Under the pieces are notes generated by a model. The model saw only the letters and a list, made by a program, of their open reading frames with translations, did not search any database and was not told where the DNA came from. Source: Succinivibrio sp. (lineage in GTDB: Bacteria > Pseudomonadota > Gammaproteobacteria > Enterobacterales > Succinivibrionaceae). Taken from it: a DNA stretch of 64,000 bases. Below, in pieces: positions 41,165 to 52,236 of this stretch (within the stretch, counting starts at the first letter, position 1; every line of letters begins with the position of its first letter). The stretch lies in contig JAGBLM010000072.1 of the NCBI GenBank assembly GCA_017635415.1, positions 13,089 to 77,088 of the forward strand, in the 5' to 3' direction. The position numbers were made by a program, and so were the translations under genes.

Positions 41165-42334
41165 ATGGCAAAAATCAAGAAGATGGCCGAGATAGATCTT
41201 AAAGGCAAACGTGTTTTAATCCGTGCTGATTTGAACGTACCAATCAAGGATGGCAAAGTTGCCTCTGTAAAACGTATTATGGCTACTCTTCCAACCATTA
41301 AGTTAGCTCTTGAAAAGGGGGCCCGCGTAATGGTTATTTCACACCTCGGACGTCCAGAAGAGGGTGTTTACGCTGAGGAGTTTTCTTTAAAGCCTGTTGC
41401 AGACTATCTTCAGACCCAGCTTCCTGATGTCAAAGTTCGTCTCGAAAAAGATTACCTCGATGGTGTTGAGGTTAGCGAGGGAGAATTAGTTGTTCTTGAA
41501 AACTGCCGCTTTAACAAGGGCGAGAAAAAGAATAACGAGGATCTTTCCAAGAAATATGCCGCACTGTGCGATGTTTTCGTAATGGATGCATTTGGTACTG
41601 CTCACCGTGCTCAGGCTACTACCTACGGTGTAGCTCAGTTCGCTCCGGTTGCCTGTGCCGGTCCTCTGCTTGCCGCTGAACTTGAGGCTCTGGGTAAGGC
41701 TATGGATAAACCTGCCCGTCCAATGGTTGCAATTGTTGGCGGTTCAAAGGTTTCTACCAAACTCCCAGTTTTAAACAGTCTGCTTAAGGTTGCTGACCAG
41801 CTGATCGTTGGTGGTGGCATTGCAAATACCTTTATGGCTGCCGCAGGTCATAAGGTGGGTAAGTCTCTGTGCGAAGAAGACCTGATTGAGACTGCCAAAG
41901 AACTGGCTCAGAAGACTGAAATTCCTGAATTCGTTGACGTTGTTGTCGGTAAGGAATTTGATGAGAAGACTCCGGCCGTGACCAAGGATCTTAAGGATGT
42001 TGCTGATGATGATATGATTTTCGACCTCGGTCCTAAGTCTATGGCCAATATCCAGAAGGTAATCAAGGAGGCCAAGACCATCCTGTGGAATGGTCCTGTA
42101 GGTGTATTTGAGTTTGATCAGTTCGCTGGTGGAACCAAGGCTCTGTCGGAGGCTATTGCCAATTCTGAAGCTTTCTCTGTCGCAGGTGGTGGAGATACAA
42201 TTTCATCAATTGAGAAATTTGGTGTAACCAATAAGATTTCCTATATTTCAACCGGTGGTGGTGCTTTCCTTGAGTTTGTGGAAGGAAAGAAACTCCCGGC
42301 TGTTGAGATTCTCGAAAAGAGAGCTGAGGACTAA
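41165..42334 (+). CDS. pgk: Phosphoglycerate kinase
   Basis: [33 protein letters not shown]. Confidence 0.98.
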   Translation: MAKIKKMAEIDLKGKRVLIRADLNVPIKDGKVASVKRIMATLPTIKLALEKGARVMVISHLGRPEEGVYAEEFSLKPVADYLQTQLPDVKVRLEKDYLDGVEVSEGELVVLENCRFNKGEKKNNEDLSKKYAALCDVFVMDAFGTAHRAQATTYGVAQFAPVACAGPLLAAELEALGKAMDKPARPMVAIVGGSKVSTKLPVLNSLLKVADQLIVGGGIANTFMAAAGHKVGKSLCEEDLIETAKELAQKTEIPEFVDVVVGKEFDEKTPAVTKDLKDVADDDMIFDLGPKSMANIQKVIKEAKTILWNGPVGVFEFDQFAGGTKALSEAIANSEAFSVAGGGDTISSIEKFGVTNKISYISTGGGAFLEFVEGKKLPAVEILEKRAED

Positions 42335-42422
42335 TCTTAAGAACTAATACCAATGCCTGCATAGATTTGCGGGCATTGTTAAATTTTCAGCAGAATTATT
42401 ATTTTTGATTGGGACAAATAAC

Positions 42423-43508
42423 ATGACTAAAATTTTAGATGTTGTTAAGCCAGGTGTTGTTACTGGTGAGTCAGTTCAGAAGCTCTTTGATTTCGCAAAG
42501 AAAGGGGGCTATGCTTTCCCTGCTGTTAACTGTGTTGGTACCAATTCTATTAATGCGGTTCTGGAGGCTGCTGCAAAGGCTCGTTCCCCTGTTTTTGTTC
42601 AGTTCTCTAACGGCGGTGCCGCTTTCCTTGGCGGTAAAGGTCTGAAATTTGAGGAAGCCCAGAAGACCTCAATTCTTGGTGCTGTTTCTGGTGCTCTGCA
42701 TGTTCGTAATGTTGCTGAGTACTATGGTGTACCAGTTATTCTTCATACCGATCACTGTGCGAAGAAACTTCTTCCTTGGGTCGACGGCTTGCTTGAGATT
42801 GGTGAAAAGTATTTCAAGGAACACGGTGAGCCTCTGTTTTCATCTCACATGATTGATCTCTCTGAGGAATCCTTAAAGGACAATATTGACTTATGCTGCA
42901 AGTATCTTGAGCGTATGTCAAAGATCGGAATGTTCTTAGAGCTTGAACTCGGATGCACTGGTGGAGAAGAAGACGGCGTAGATAATTCAGGAAAGGACGA
43001 GTCTGCTCTGTATACTCAGCCTGAAGATGTTGCCTATGCCTATGAGCGTCTGATGAAGATTTCTCCAAACTTCACTATTGCCGCTTCATTCGGCAATGTT
43101 CACGGTGTTTACAAGCCGGGTAACGTAAAACTTACTCCGAAGATTCTTCGTGATTCACAGAAGTATGTTCAGGAGAAATTCGGTACAGCTGAGAAACCTG
43201 TAAATCTCGTTTTCCATGGCGGTTCAGGTTCATCAAAGGAAGAGATCTCAGAGTCGGTATCATATGGTGTAGTTAAGATGAACATCGATACTGATACCCA
43301 ATGGGCTACCTGGAAGGGCATCATGGACTACTACAAGGAAAATGAAGCCTACCTGCAAGGACAGCTTGGCAACCCAACCGGTGCTGATGCTCCAAACAAG
43401 AAGTACTATGATCCACGCGTATGGCTCCGTAAGGGTGAAGTAGCCATGACTGATCGTGTTATTGAAGCCTTCAAGGAATTAGGATCATTTGGTTCTCTTG
43501 ATAAGTAA
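42423..43508 (+). CDS. fbaA: Class II fructose-bisphosphate aldolase
   Basis: HTDHC, GNVHGVY, FHGGSG, KKYYDPRVW. Confidence 0.98.
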   Translation: MTKILDVVKPGVVTGESVQKLFDFAKKGGYAFPAVNCVGTNSINAVLEAAAKARSPVFVQFSNGGAAFLGGKGLKFEEAQKTSILGAVSGALHVRNVAEYYGVPVILHTDHCAKKLLPWVDGLLEIGEKYFKEHGEPLFSSHMIDLSEESLKDNIDLCCKYLERMSKIGMFLELELGCTGGEEDGVDNSGKDESALYTQPEDVAYAYERLMKISPNFTIAASFGNVHGVYKPGNVKLTPKILRDSQKYVQEKFGTAEKPVNLVFHGGSGSSKEEISESVSYGVVKMNIDTDTQWATWKGIMDYYKENEAYLQGQLGNPTGADAPNKKYYDPRVWLRKGEVAMTDRVIEAFKELGSFGSLDK

Positions 43509-43559
43509 TATTTTGGGGGGTGCGCAGTAAACAGCGATTAAACCCTCTGCTATCAATAT

Positions 43560-43598
43560 AGACCTGTGTTCAATCATGGATGGAACACAGGTCTTTTT
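43560..43598 (+). terminator. Intrinsic terminator after fbaA
   Basis: AGACCTGTGTTC...GAACACAGGTCT followed by TTTT. Confidence 0.8.
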
Positions 43599-43634
43599 CG
43601 TAGAGACCAGTCGTTCTGTTGTTTCTGACCTAAC

Positions 43635-43672
43635 AAAAAACCCGTTATCCGATTGGGGAAAACGGGTTTTTT
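43635..43672. terminator. Bidirectional terminator downstream of fliD
   Basis: AAAAAACCCGTT...AACGGGTTTTTT. Confidence 0.8.
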
Positions 43673-43687
43673 ATTGATGGTAAAGGT

Positions 43688-45208
43688 CTATGAACTCTTG
43701 GTGGTTTTTGTAGTACCAAGCACAGAGTTAAGATAACTTAACTTGGTATTATAGTTTGTCATTAAGCTATCAACGGCAGCATACTTGTTTCTGAGCATGG
43801 ATTCATAATTAGTCAGGTTTTCAGTATACTTGGACTGCTTCTCTTCAAGATAACTTACGCTGGAGTTAATACTATCCTTGCGTTTGTCGAGAACTCCTGC
43901 TGATTTTGTAAAATCGTTAAGATACGAATCAATCTTGGTGAGAAGACTATTTTCTCCGGAAAACAGTTCAACTACACTGTTATAGTTTTCCGACAAGGCC
44001 TTGTTGAACTTCGTTGAATCTAAGGAAATTGTGCCGTCCTTCTTGAAATTAAGTCCAGCACTGAAGATGGTCAGACCTTCTGAGACATTTGAATCAGATG
44101 AAATCATTCTCTGCAGTGTCTGTTTGATACCGATTGCCTGAGCATCACCTGCCAAATCCCCTCCATCATCGTTTGACACTCCGTCAGTGTAGGTGTTACG
44201 GGCAGTCAGTGTGTCAATCTGACTTACAAGCAGATTATATTTGGTGACAAAGGCCTGCATTTTCTCGGTAACGGCTTCTGAGTCAGTGCCGACAGAAACA
44301 CTGTAAACCTTGCTTTCGGTATTTGCTTTAGTAGTACCGTCTTCAAGGGTGGTATAGGTCGTCTCTGATGGAGAGACTTTATTAACCGTAATACTTAAAC
44401 CGGATATCTGACCCTGATCAAAGGTATTAGAATGAGAAGTGATTTTTTCACCGTCTACCTCAATAACGGCGTCTTTGCCTCGACTGTGGGTCCATCCTGA
44501 GTCAGATGTATAAGAAGACTCATCATCGCTTGCATAAGTGTGGGTTTCGTAGTCAAAAACCGATAGAGCGGTTTTCTCCGCATCTGTTCCTGTAGTTGTA
44601 GTACTGATAGAAAGCTGAGTAGCGTCTTTACCTGTTGTGGCGCTGGTGAAACTGAACTTATAGCCCTCATCTGTACTGACGATATTGGCAGTAATACCAA
44701 GATCGTTTTTGTTTATTTTTTTTCTGATCTTTTCAAGAGTATCTCCATCCTCGATTTTTACATCGAAACTGCCCAAATCATTACCTTCATCATCTTTGCC
44801 AAGAGAGATGGTCATGGTTCCGGCAGAGAAACTGTTATTGAAGGACTCTTTATTAAATGTTTTTGATAATTTTTCAGATGACGCCAACTGCTTTACGCTA
44901 AGCGAGAAATCCATATTTGCAGCATCATCTTCTGCCGTTACAGTGAAAACGTTGTCCTCCCCCTGATCTGTGGTGACTTTTCGCGCATTAAAGGCATTGT
45001 CTTTAAGCAATTCACCAACAGAATCCTTAAATGTGGACAAAAAACTCTTCAGCGAAGATACTGCCGAAATTTCGGTATTTTTTTCAGTAATCTGCGTGGC
45101 AACTTTGTTGACAGTCTTTATTTTCCTATCTGAAACAAGGGCACTAATGACGCTTTCGAAGTCTACGCCCGAGCCTATGCCTGCAGAAGTGATTGTTGTT
45201 GAGGCCAT
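43688..45208 (-). CDS. fliD: Flagellar filament cap FliD
   Basis: ITSAGIGSGVDFESVISALV, VKQLA, DAVIEVDG, FVTKYN, LAGD. Confidence 0.92.
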   Translation of the reverse strand: MASTTITSAGIGSGVDFESVISALVSDRKIKTVNKVATQITEKNTEISAVSSLKSFLSTFKDSVGELLKDNAFNARKVTTDQGEDNVFTVTAEDDAANMDFSLSVKQLASSEKLSKTFNKESFNNSFSAGTMTISLGKDDEGNDLGSFDVKIEDGDTLEKIRKKINKNDLGITANIVSTDEGYKFSFTSATTGKDATQLSISTTTTGTDAEKTALSVFDYETHTYASDDESSYTSDSGWTHSRGKDAVIEVDGEKITSHSNTFDQGQISGLSITVNKVSPSETTYTTLEDGTTKANTESKVYSVSVGTDSEAVTEKMQAFVTKYNLLVSQIDTLTARNTYTDGVSNDDGGDLAGDAQAIGIKQTLQRMISSDSNVSEGLTIFSAGLNFKKDGTISLDSTKFNKALSENYNSVVELFSGENSLLTKIDSYLNDFTKSAGVLDKRKDSINSSVSYLEEKQSKYTENLTNYESMLRNKYAAVDSLMTNYNTKLSYLNSVLGTTKTTKSS

Positions 45209-45374
45209 TTCTATTTCTCCTCAGATAGAAATCCGTATATAAATCTGGGTAAATAAAAGCAAAAAACATACCCATTCATTTCTGTCTTTAATAACGGTAA
45301 AAATGAAGCAGATCTTTAGGAGGGATGAATAATTTTTTTAGCAGTTGTTTAAAAAACAACTGCTAATATTTACT

Positions 45375-46730
45375 CTATTTTTCAAGAAGATGCTTGTGAA
45401 TTTCAACTAATGCCTGCACGGCTTTGTCTTCATTCATCAGGAAGCATAGATTGTGATTTGATGCTCCATAGCAGATCATCTTCACAGGGTATTTTTCAAT
45501 TGAATCAAATGCTCTTGTGGTTAGACCAGGTATATTCGACATATCATTGCCGATAATGGCAACAAGTGACAATCCGGTTTCAACCTTGACATGGCAGAAC
45601 TGACGCAGTTCATCAAGCATACCCTCAGAGAGATGTGACTTGCCTGAGGTGGCAGTTCCTGTATCAAGAGTAATAGCTATAGACACTTCCGATGTTGAGA
45701 CCAAATCTACAGAACGACCAAATTTGGCAAACACCGAGAATACCTTGGCCAGGAATCCTGAGGCACCAACCATCTTAGGAGAGTAAAGAACAATCAGAGT
45801 CTGATTTTTTCTCAGAGCAACAGCTCTGAAAGCCGGATGTGATTCGGTATAAGGTCTTACCCAGGTTCCGCCTTTTTCCGGTTCTCTGCTTGATCCAACA
45901 TAGACAGGAATTCCCTGTCTGACAGCAGGAACCAAAGTTGACGGATGAAGAATCTTTGCGCCGAATGTTGCCATTTCTGCCGCTTCCAGGTAGGTAAGCT
46001 CAGCAATTGGCTTGGCATGAGGAACCAGACGTGGATCTGTAGTGTATACGCCAGGAACATCGGTCCAGATGGAAATAGTCTTGGCATTACAGGCCTCACC
46101 TAGTAAAGCTGCAGAATAATCAGAACCGCCTCTACCCAAAGTAGTTGTTTGTCCTTCTGCATTGGAGGCTATAAATCCCTGCGTTATGATAATGCTTTCT
46201 CCGTCAAGCAGCGGAAGCAGTTTCTCTTTACATAGTGAAGCGACAACTTCAACGAGTGGGGTGGCGCAACCGAAGGTCGAGTCGGTTCTCATTACGCTGC
46301 GCACATCAAACCACTCTGCTTTGGTGCCGTTCTGGTTGAACAGATGCACAAACAGGTATGAGGACATCAGTTCGCCGTGGGAAACAATGCGGTCAGTCAG
46401 TTCATCTGATTTTTCCATGTTAGCCTGAATAGCCAACTTTTTAATTTCTTTTAGATGATCTTCGATGTGTGCAGATAACTCTTCTTTGTTGTCGAGCTTT
46501 GAAATGATTTCATTGTGAATTGTTCTCAGTTTTTCCAGCAACTCATCAATGTGCGCTCCGCTGCAGGAACCGGAGGCAAGTTCAACCAGAATATTGGTAA
46601 CGCCTGAACAGGCGCTTATTGCAACAAGTTTGGTGTTTTTATTGGCTATTACAACTCTGTAACTTGAGGTCATTGCCTCAAAATTGCCAACTGATGTGCC
46701 ACCAAATTTTGCTATGTCTAGATTTTCCAT
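45375..46730 (-). CDS. lysC: Aspartate kinase III (lysine-sensitive type)
   Basis: KFGGTSV, TLGRGGSDYSA, two ACT domains, GASNHNLCF. Confidence 0.94.
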   Translation of the reverse strand: MENLDIAKFGGTSVGNFEAMTSSYRVVIANKNTKLVAISACSGVTNILVELASGSCSGAHIDELLEKLRTIHNEIISKLDNKEELSAHIEDHLKEIKKLAIQANMEKSDELTDRIVSHGELMSSYLFVHLFNQNGTKAEWFDVRSVMRTDSTFGCATPLVEVVASLCKEKLLPLLDGESIIITQGFIASNAEGQTTTLGRGGSDYSAALLGEACNAKTISIWTDVPGVYTTDPRLVPHAKPIAELTYLEAAEMATFGAKILHPSTLVPAVRQGIPVYVGSSREPEKGGTWVRPYTESHPAFRAVALRKNQTLIVLYSPKMVGASGFLAKVFSVFAKFGRSVDLVSTSEVSIAITLDTGTATSGKSHLSEGMLDELRQFCHVKVETGLSLVAIIGNDMSNIPGLTTRAFDSIEKYPVKMICYGASNHNLCFLMNEDKAVQALVEIHKHLLEK

Positions 46731-46881
46731 ATTTTAAAGTTAGCCACTTAAAGTAAGTCTGTTTGAGTAAATGATATTAGCAGAGCGGTAAAACGGCGCA
46801 AGTTAAAGTGTACAAAGTGACCAAAGTGGTGCATAATTCACACTTTTATAGTCAGAAAATAAATAAGACGTCCTTCGAATC

Positions 46882-47598
46882 ATGAACACTAAAGAATTAC
46901 TTTTCCTCGGGGTCAGACACGCTGTGCCTATCGTTTTTGGCTATATTCCGGTGGGAATTGCGTACGCTGTTTATGCACAGCAGACTGGTTTCTCCGCTTT
47001 TGAAACTATTCTTTTATCCATAACAGGGTATTCTGGTTCAGGACAGTTTCTGACTGTCAGTATGACATCTCAGAATGCCGGACTGCTGGCCATAGGTATA
47101 GGTATCTTTCTTCTCAATTTTCGTTACTTCATAATGAGCACCTGTGTGTTTAACAGGTTTAAGAGATTAAACACTTTTAAAAAGATCTTCATGAGTCATC
47201 TGGTAACCGATGAGACTTTTGCCATCTTTACTACAGCGGAGGAGCGTCTGGTAAGTGAAGCCTATTTTATCGGCTTGTTTGTTACCTCGTATCTTTCCTG
47301 GATTCTCGGTGCAGTTTTGGGAATACTGGCTAATTCCTTTTTGCCGGAAAGTCTGACTCTTGCCATGGGGATTGCCTTATATGCTCTGTTTATCGCCATT
47401 ATCATGCCAGGCTGCAAGCGCGATATTAAGATCTTTATTCTGGTGTTGTGTACTGCGGTAATGAACTGTATTCTCAGTAATTTTCTGGATATGAGCTGGT
47501 CAATAGTCATCTCGTCACTTGTCTGTGCCTTTATTGGTGCTTTCTTCATCAAAAAGAACTCAGAAAACAAAAGAAAAGGAGAACTGACAGATGAATAG
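46882..47598 (+). CDS. azlC: AzlC-family branched-chain amino acid exporter
   Basis: GYIPVG, SGSGQF, LNFRY, VTDETFA. Confidence 0.9.
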   Translation: MNTKELLFLGVRHAVPIVFGYIPVGIAYAVYAQQTGFSAFETILLSITGYSGSGQFLTVSMTSQNAGLLAIGIGIFLLNFRYFIMSTCVFNRFKRLNTFKKIFMSHLVTDETFAIFTTAEERLVSEAYFIGLFVTSYLSWILGAVLGILANSFLPESLTLAMGIALYALFIAIIMPGCKRDIKIFILVLCTAVMNCILSNFLDMSWSIVISSLVCAFIGAFFIKKNSENKRKGELTDE

Positions 47599-47899
47599 TG
47601 TTTCCTTTTTACTGATTATTATTACGGTAGCATTGGTTACTTATCCTTTACGACTGGTTCCTGCGGTATTCATTTCAAAGCTGAAACTTTCCACTTTTTT
47701 TGAAAGACTGCTGGATCTGATTCCGTATACCTCCTTAACGGCCCTTGTTTTTCCGGGCATCTTCTACTGTATCGGCGATCATACCTACATTGCTTATGCA
47801 GGTACGGTTGCAGCAGTTATAAGTTCATTTTTAAGAGCTCCACTTTCTTTGACTGTGGTTATTGCTGTAGTGACAGTCTTTGTTCTGCTCGTTTTATAA
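47591..47899 (+). CDS. azlD: AzlD-family subunit
   Basis: VTYPLRLVP; hydrophobic 102 aa overlapping azlC. Confidence 0.85.
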   Translation: MNSVSFLLIIITVALVTYPLRLVPAVFISKLKLSTFFERLLDLIPYTSLTALVFPGIFYCIGDHTYIAYAGTVAAVISSFLRAPLSLTVVIAVVTVFVLLVL

Positions 47900-48577
47900 T
47901 GAAAAGCACTTTCCGTAACAGGACGGGGTCGCTTATTTTTGCTTTTTTGCACTTTGCCTTACCAAGATTTTTTTTCAGGCATACGCATGAACTGCCGGAT
48001 GATTCCTTGTCCCGGTTTGCTTATCAGTGTTCATATCTTGTGACTCCATCCCGTTTTTTGAAGTATTCAATAAGACCGCGGATTGCCAACTCAGGGTTTA
48101 TCCCTTAGTTTTTTTGGTAATCTTGAAACTGAAATGGTTTCACATTATCTTTGATAACTGAGGTTGTACCGTGCGCTGAACATTTTGCGCTCTTTTATCC
48201 AGGAAGATTCTGTTTTTAGCATATTCTCTGCCCTTCACCTGCATCAAGTTATGACCAGAATCCATATCAGGACACCAGCGCAGTAAGTTCTCGATATGCC
48301 GGTGCTCTCTGCTGCAGTACTTTCGGTACGTTTTGATCCTTTGCGCACATTTTTATTGCTTATGCACTCGCGCGTACGCCCTGGATTTTTTCAGAACTGT
48401 TTAAAATTTTTGACAATAAAAAAATATAGGTGAGATTTTATGGTCATAAAGCGGTTAAACTTTTATACATCTAAAGGATCTGAAGGGGCTGTATCTGCAA
48501 TACCTCCAAGGTCATGGAGCTGATAGGAAAGAGCTCTGACAGTGTGATTACTTAAGTTTGAATAGGGACCGTCATTT

Positions 48578-49321
48578 ATGAAAAAGTTAAAATTTGCCGT
48601 TTTGACTGCTGTTTTTCTCTCAACTTCAGTCTTTTCCGCGCATAACGATGTGAATACAGATCCTGACCGCTATTATTTGAGTGCCTCAGATGTCGCAGAC
48701 AGTTTTGCCTTGTTACCTCCTCCTCCTGCTCTTGACAGCATCACCTTCTTAAATGATCAGGCTCAGTATAACAAGGGGGTGATGTTAAGAAATACAGAAA
48801 GAGGCAAGCAGGCTTCAAGAGACGCAAGAATTGATGCGCATGGCGTAGCCGAAGCCTTCTCTGAAGCTTTTGGCACCACAATTTCAAAGGAGAATACTCC
48901 TCAGGTTTATAAGCTTGTGAGTAAGATGGTTGAAGATGCTGGTGATTTGGCAACACGCAGCGCTAAAGAACATTATATGAGAGTTCGTCCGTTTGCTTTC
49001 TTCCATACTGACACCTGCAATACAACTGACCAGAAAAAACTCTCGACTAATGGATCCTATCCGTCAGGTCACACCGCAATCGGTTGGGCAACTGCACTGA
49101 TTCTGGCAGAGATCAATCCTGACAGACAGAACGAGATTCTAAAACGTGGGTTTGAACTCGGACAAAGTCGTGTAATCTGCGGTTATCATTGGCAGAGTGA
49201 CGTTGATGCGGCACGTGTTGTAGCTGCAGCGGTTGTTGCCCGTTTACATGCTCATGACGCATTTAATGTGCAGTTGAGATTTGCTAAAGAAGAAATGAAG
49301 CAGAAATTAGGCAAGAAATAA
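48578..49321 (+). CDS. phoN: Class A non-specific acid phosphatase (PhoN/PhoC)
   Basis: Signal peptide; Kxxxxxx[19 protein letters not shown]. Confidence 0.92.
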   Translation: MKKLKFAVLTAVFLSTSVFSAHNDVNTDPDRYYLSASDVADSFALLPPPPALDSITFLNDQAQYNKGVMLRNTERGKQASRDARIDAHGVAEAFSEAFGTTISKENTPQVYKLVSKMVEDAGDLATRSAKEHYMRVRPFAFFHTDTCNTTDQKKLSTNGSYPSGHTAIGWATALILAEINPDRQNEILKRGFELGQSRVICGYHWQSDVDAARVVAAAVVARLHAHDAFNVQLRFAKEEMKQKLGKK

Positions 49322-49346
49322 GTTTGATTTTCTTTTAAAGGACAAG

Positions 49347-49372
49347 AAAAAGGGCTGTTTTAAACAGCCCTT
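49347..49372 (-). terminator. Terminator between convergent phoN and maoP
   Basis: AAGGGCTGTT...AACAGCCCTT with an A-run on the left. Confidence 0.7.
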
Positions 49373-49390
49373 AAGTTTAACAAACAAAAA

Positions 49391-49744
49391 CTAACCTAAA
49401 TCTGAACCGTCAGATGAAGATGATGACCCCATAAAGTTGTTACCAATTTCGTCGTCATTTCCAACAGAACATAAACGATGTAAGTGACGAGGCTGAATAA
49501 CCTGCAGATACTTTTTAAATACCTTTGCATTGTGGTCAGTAATAACTTCTGTACCGGTTAACTGCTTCAAGAAGGTCTTTTCTTCCTTGTCTTTTGGTTT
49601 GCGGGTGCCTTTGTAGATTTCCATCATGGCAGTACCACATTTTTCCAGCATCTCAGATTCTTTAATGGTAAATTCTCCGCTACGACGAATACCACGTGCG
49701 AAGTGCTGGAAATCATTAAATGGCTTTTCAGATTCGAAACTCAT
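49391..49744 (-). CDS. maoP: Macrodomain Ori protein MaoP (YifE, DUF413)
   Basis: HFARGIRRSGEFTIKESEMLEKCG, EEKTF, KVFKKY. Confidence 0.85.
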   Translation of the reverse strand: MSFESEKPFNDFQHFARGIRRSGEFTIKESEMLEKCGTAMMEIYKGTRKPKDKEEKTFLKQLTGTEVITDHNAKVFKKYLQVIQPRHLHRLCSVGNDDEIGNNFMGSSSSSDGSDLG

Positions 49745-50200
49745 CAAAAACACGGCGTAAGCTTGTTAGAATCGCCGCCTCCAATAGCAGATAGAAGCAA
49801 TCGTGGCTGGATAGTCAAAAAATACTATAACCACTTATTTAAAGTGAGTGGATAAACCAAAAATCCAACGTTTTAACCAATTAAAACGTATTTATAGAAT
49901 ATGGATTAAGTTGGTCTAGCCCACAGTTCGGCATATTATATAACAGCTTGTCCAAAATTCCTATGTCAAATCCTAGCAACTAGTCACTGCTTTTATGGAC
50001 AGTTTGAAATTTCATTAAAAGTTTTTTGCGACACTCCGAAAATGAAGGATTCCGAACAGCAGTAAAAAAAATATTTAAGAATATTTACGTATTTCAGTTT
50101 GTTAGATCGAAAAAGATATCTAAAATTTGAGGGTTTTTATCTTGTTTGCTACAATTCTGATAATTGTAAGTTTTTGCCATTGAGATGGAGCTTCTAACAA

Positions 50201-51892
50201 ATGAGTGACTCCTTAAAAAAGGAAGAAAGAATACCTCGTAATTTTATTACCGATATTATTGATGAGGATCTGAAAAGCGGTAAGGAAGATCATGTCGCAA
50301 CCAGATTTCCTCCGGAACCAAACGGGTATCTGCACATCGGTCACGCCAAATCAATCTGTTTAAATTTTGGACTTGCCCGGGACTATCAGGGTACCTGCAA
50401 TTTAAGATTTGACGATACCAATCCTGTAAAAGAGGATATGGAATATGTCAGATCAATTGAAAACGATGTTGAATGGTTAGGTTTCAAGTGGAATGAAATA
50501 CGTCATTCGTCGGATTATTTTGAAAGACTTTACGGGTATGCTCTGGAACTTATAGATAAAGGTTTGGCCTATGTTGATGAGTTGAGTCCTGATGAAATCA
50601 GGGAATATCGGGGTACGTTGACTAAACCTGGAAAAAATAGTCCTTATCGGGATCGTTCAGTAGAGGAAAATCGCGCTCTGTTTGAGAAGATGAAGCAAGG
50701 GGAATTTGAAGAAGGAAAAGCTTGCCTCAGAGCTAAGATTGATATGGCATCCCCTTTTATCTGCATGCGAGATCCTGTTATTTACCGCATAAGATATGCT
50801 ACCCATGAACTGACTGGTGATAAGTGGTGTATCTATCCGATGTATGACTTCACCCACTGCATCAGTGATGCGATAGAGGGAATAACTCATTCTATCTGTA
50901 CTCTTGAATTCCAGGATAACCGCCGTCTGTATGACTGGGTGATTGACCATATTTCTATTGATCATCATCCTCATCAATACGAGATGAGTCGCCTGAATCT
51001 TGAATATGCTTTAACCTCAAAGCGTAAACTTAATCTTCTGGTAACAAGCGGTGTAGTTGACGGCTGGGATGACCCTCGTCTTGCTACAATCTCAGGACTC
51101 CGCCGTCGCGGTTATACTCCTGCTTCCATCAGAGAATTCTGTCGCAGGATCGGTGTAACCAAACAGGAAAATACGGTTGAACTCAGTGCACTTGAGTCAT
51201 GTATTCGCGAAGATCTTAATGCTAATGCCCCTCGTGCCATGGCTGTGCTTCATCCTATTAAACTTATTATTGACAATTATGGTGAAGCCGGGGTTGATGC
51301 CACTTCGTTCAGTATTCCAAATCATCCTGATCGTCCGGAAATGGGGGAAAGGCTGGTTTCTTTCGGTAAGGAACTGTATATAGATGAATCTGATTTTCGT
51401 GAAGAGGCAAACAAGCAGTATAAGCGCCTGAAACTCAATCATGAGGTTCGTTTGCGCAATGCCTACATTGTGAAGGCTGTTTCTTGTGAAAAAGATTCCA
51501 GCGGCAAGGTTGTTGCCGTGCACTGCGAGGCTGTTCCAAACTCTGCTGGCGCTAATGTGGAAGGTCATAAACCAAAGGGTGTCATACAGTGGGTTGATGT
51601 CAGCAACTGCTATCGGGGCAAGGTAATTTTGTACAGTACCTTGTTTACTGATCCGAACCCAGGTTCTGCTGACGATATTCTTTCTATTGTAGACAGGAAT
51701 TCTAAGATAGAAATCAACGATGCGGTTATGGAAGCAGGACTTAAAAATGCAAAATGCGGAGATAGTTTCCAGTTTGAACGCGAAGGCTATTTCTGTGTTG
51801 ACTCCAAAAACTCCAAAGACGGCGCTCCGGTCTTTAATTTGACAGTTGCTCTGCGAGAGAGCAAAAAGAGTACCGAAGTCGCAACTAATTAA
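50201..51892 (+). CDS. glnS: Glutaminyl-tRNA synthetase
   Basis: [29 protein letters not shown]. Confidence 0.97.
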   Translation: MSDSLKKEERIPRNFITDIIDEDLKSGKEDHVATRFPPEPNGYLHIGHAKSICLNFGLARDYQGTCNLRFDDTNPVKEDMEYVRSIENDVEWLGFKWNEIRHSSDYFERLYGYALELIDKGLAYVDELSPDEIREYRGTLTKPGKNSPYRDRSVEENRALFEKMKQGEFEEGKACLRAKIDMASPFICMRDPVIYRIRYATHELTGDKWCIYPMYDFTHCISDAIEGITHSICTLEFQDNRRLYDWVIDHISIDHHPHQYEMSRLNLEYALTSKRKLNLLVTSGVVDGWDDPRLATISGLRRRGYTPASIREFCRRIGVTKQENTVELSALESCIREDLNANAPRAMAVLHPIKLIIDNYGEAGVDATSFSIPNHPDRPEMGERLVSFGKELYIDESDFREEANKQYKRLKLNHEVRLRNAYIVKAVSCEKDSSGKVVAVHCEAVPNSAGANVEGHKPKGVIQWVDVSNCYRGKVILYSTLFTDPNPGSADDILSIVDRNSKIEINDAVMEAGLKNAKCGDSFQFEREGYFCVDSKNSKDGAPVFNLTVALRESKKSTEVATN

Positions 51893-51991
51893 ATAAAGTC
51901 TTAGGAAAATTAAACTTTTGTTATATTATTTTTAATTGAACAGAGGGATAAAAACAGTTTAACAAGTGAGATAACATTAACAATTAGTATT

Positions 51992-52198
51992 AGGGCGATT
52001 GACTGTACGTCCGTGCCGCAGGGCAGAAATTTACCGCTAATGTGGTCGCTGGACTGCCTGGTAATAAAAGTCCTGATTTAATAGATTTACGCCTGTAACT
52101 CTAAAGTCTGAAAATGATGTACGATTACAGGTTACGCTTGGTAATCAGAACCCCTCGGAATTGCCCGGGGCGCAGTCAGAAAAACGAAAAGTCGCTCT
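51992..52198 (+). ncRNA. Candidate structured RNA or leader, family unknown
   Basis: Ends pair (AGGGCGATT/AGTCGCTCT; TGACTG/CAGTCA) and enclose several hairpins; GC-rich island in AT-rich spacer. Confidence 0.45.
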
Positions 52199-52236
52199 TA
52201 AAACAACGAACAAAATTTAGCCATCAGGAGCCGAAT

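Noticed and set aside
46731-46881. Possible lysine riboswitch upstream of lysC
   Set aside because: The 151-bp spacer shared with azlC is too short and lacks the signature motifs
49847-49855. DnaA-box-like AGTGGATAA in the maoP-glnS spacer
   Set aside because: A single imperfect box with no cluster or origin context
52040-52160. AAAGTCC and CAGAACCC fragments reminiscent of RNase P RNA
   Set aside because: Spacing is far too short and the other conserved regions are missing
52114-52236. 41-codon N-terminal extension in the ORF track
   Set aside because: A strong AGGAG precedes the ATG at 52237, and the extension overlaps the structured region
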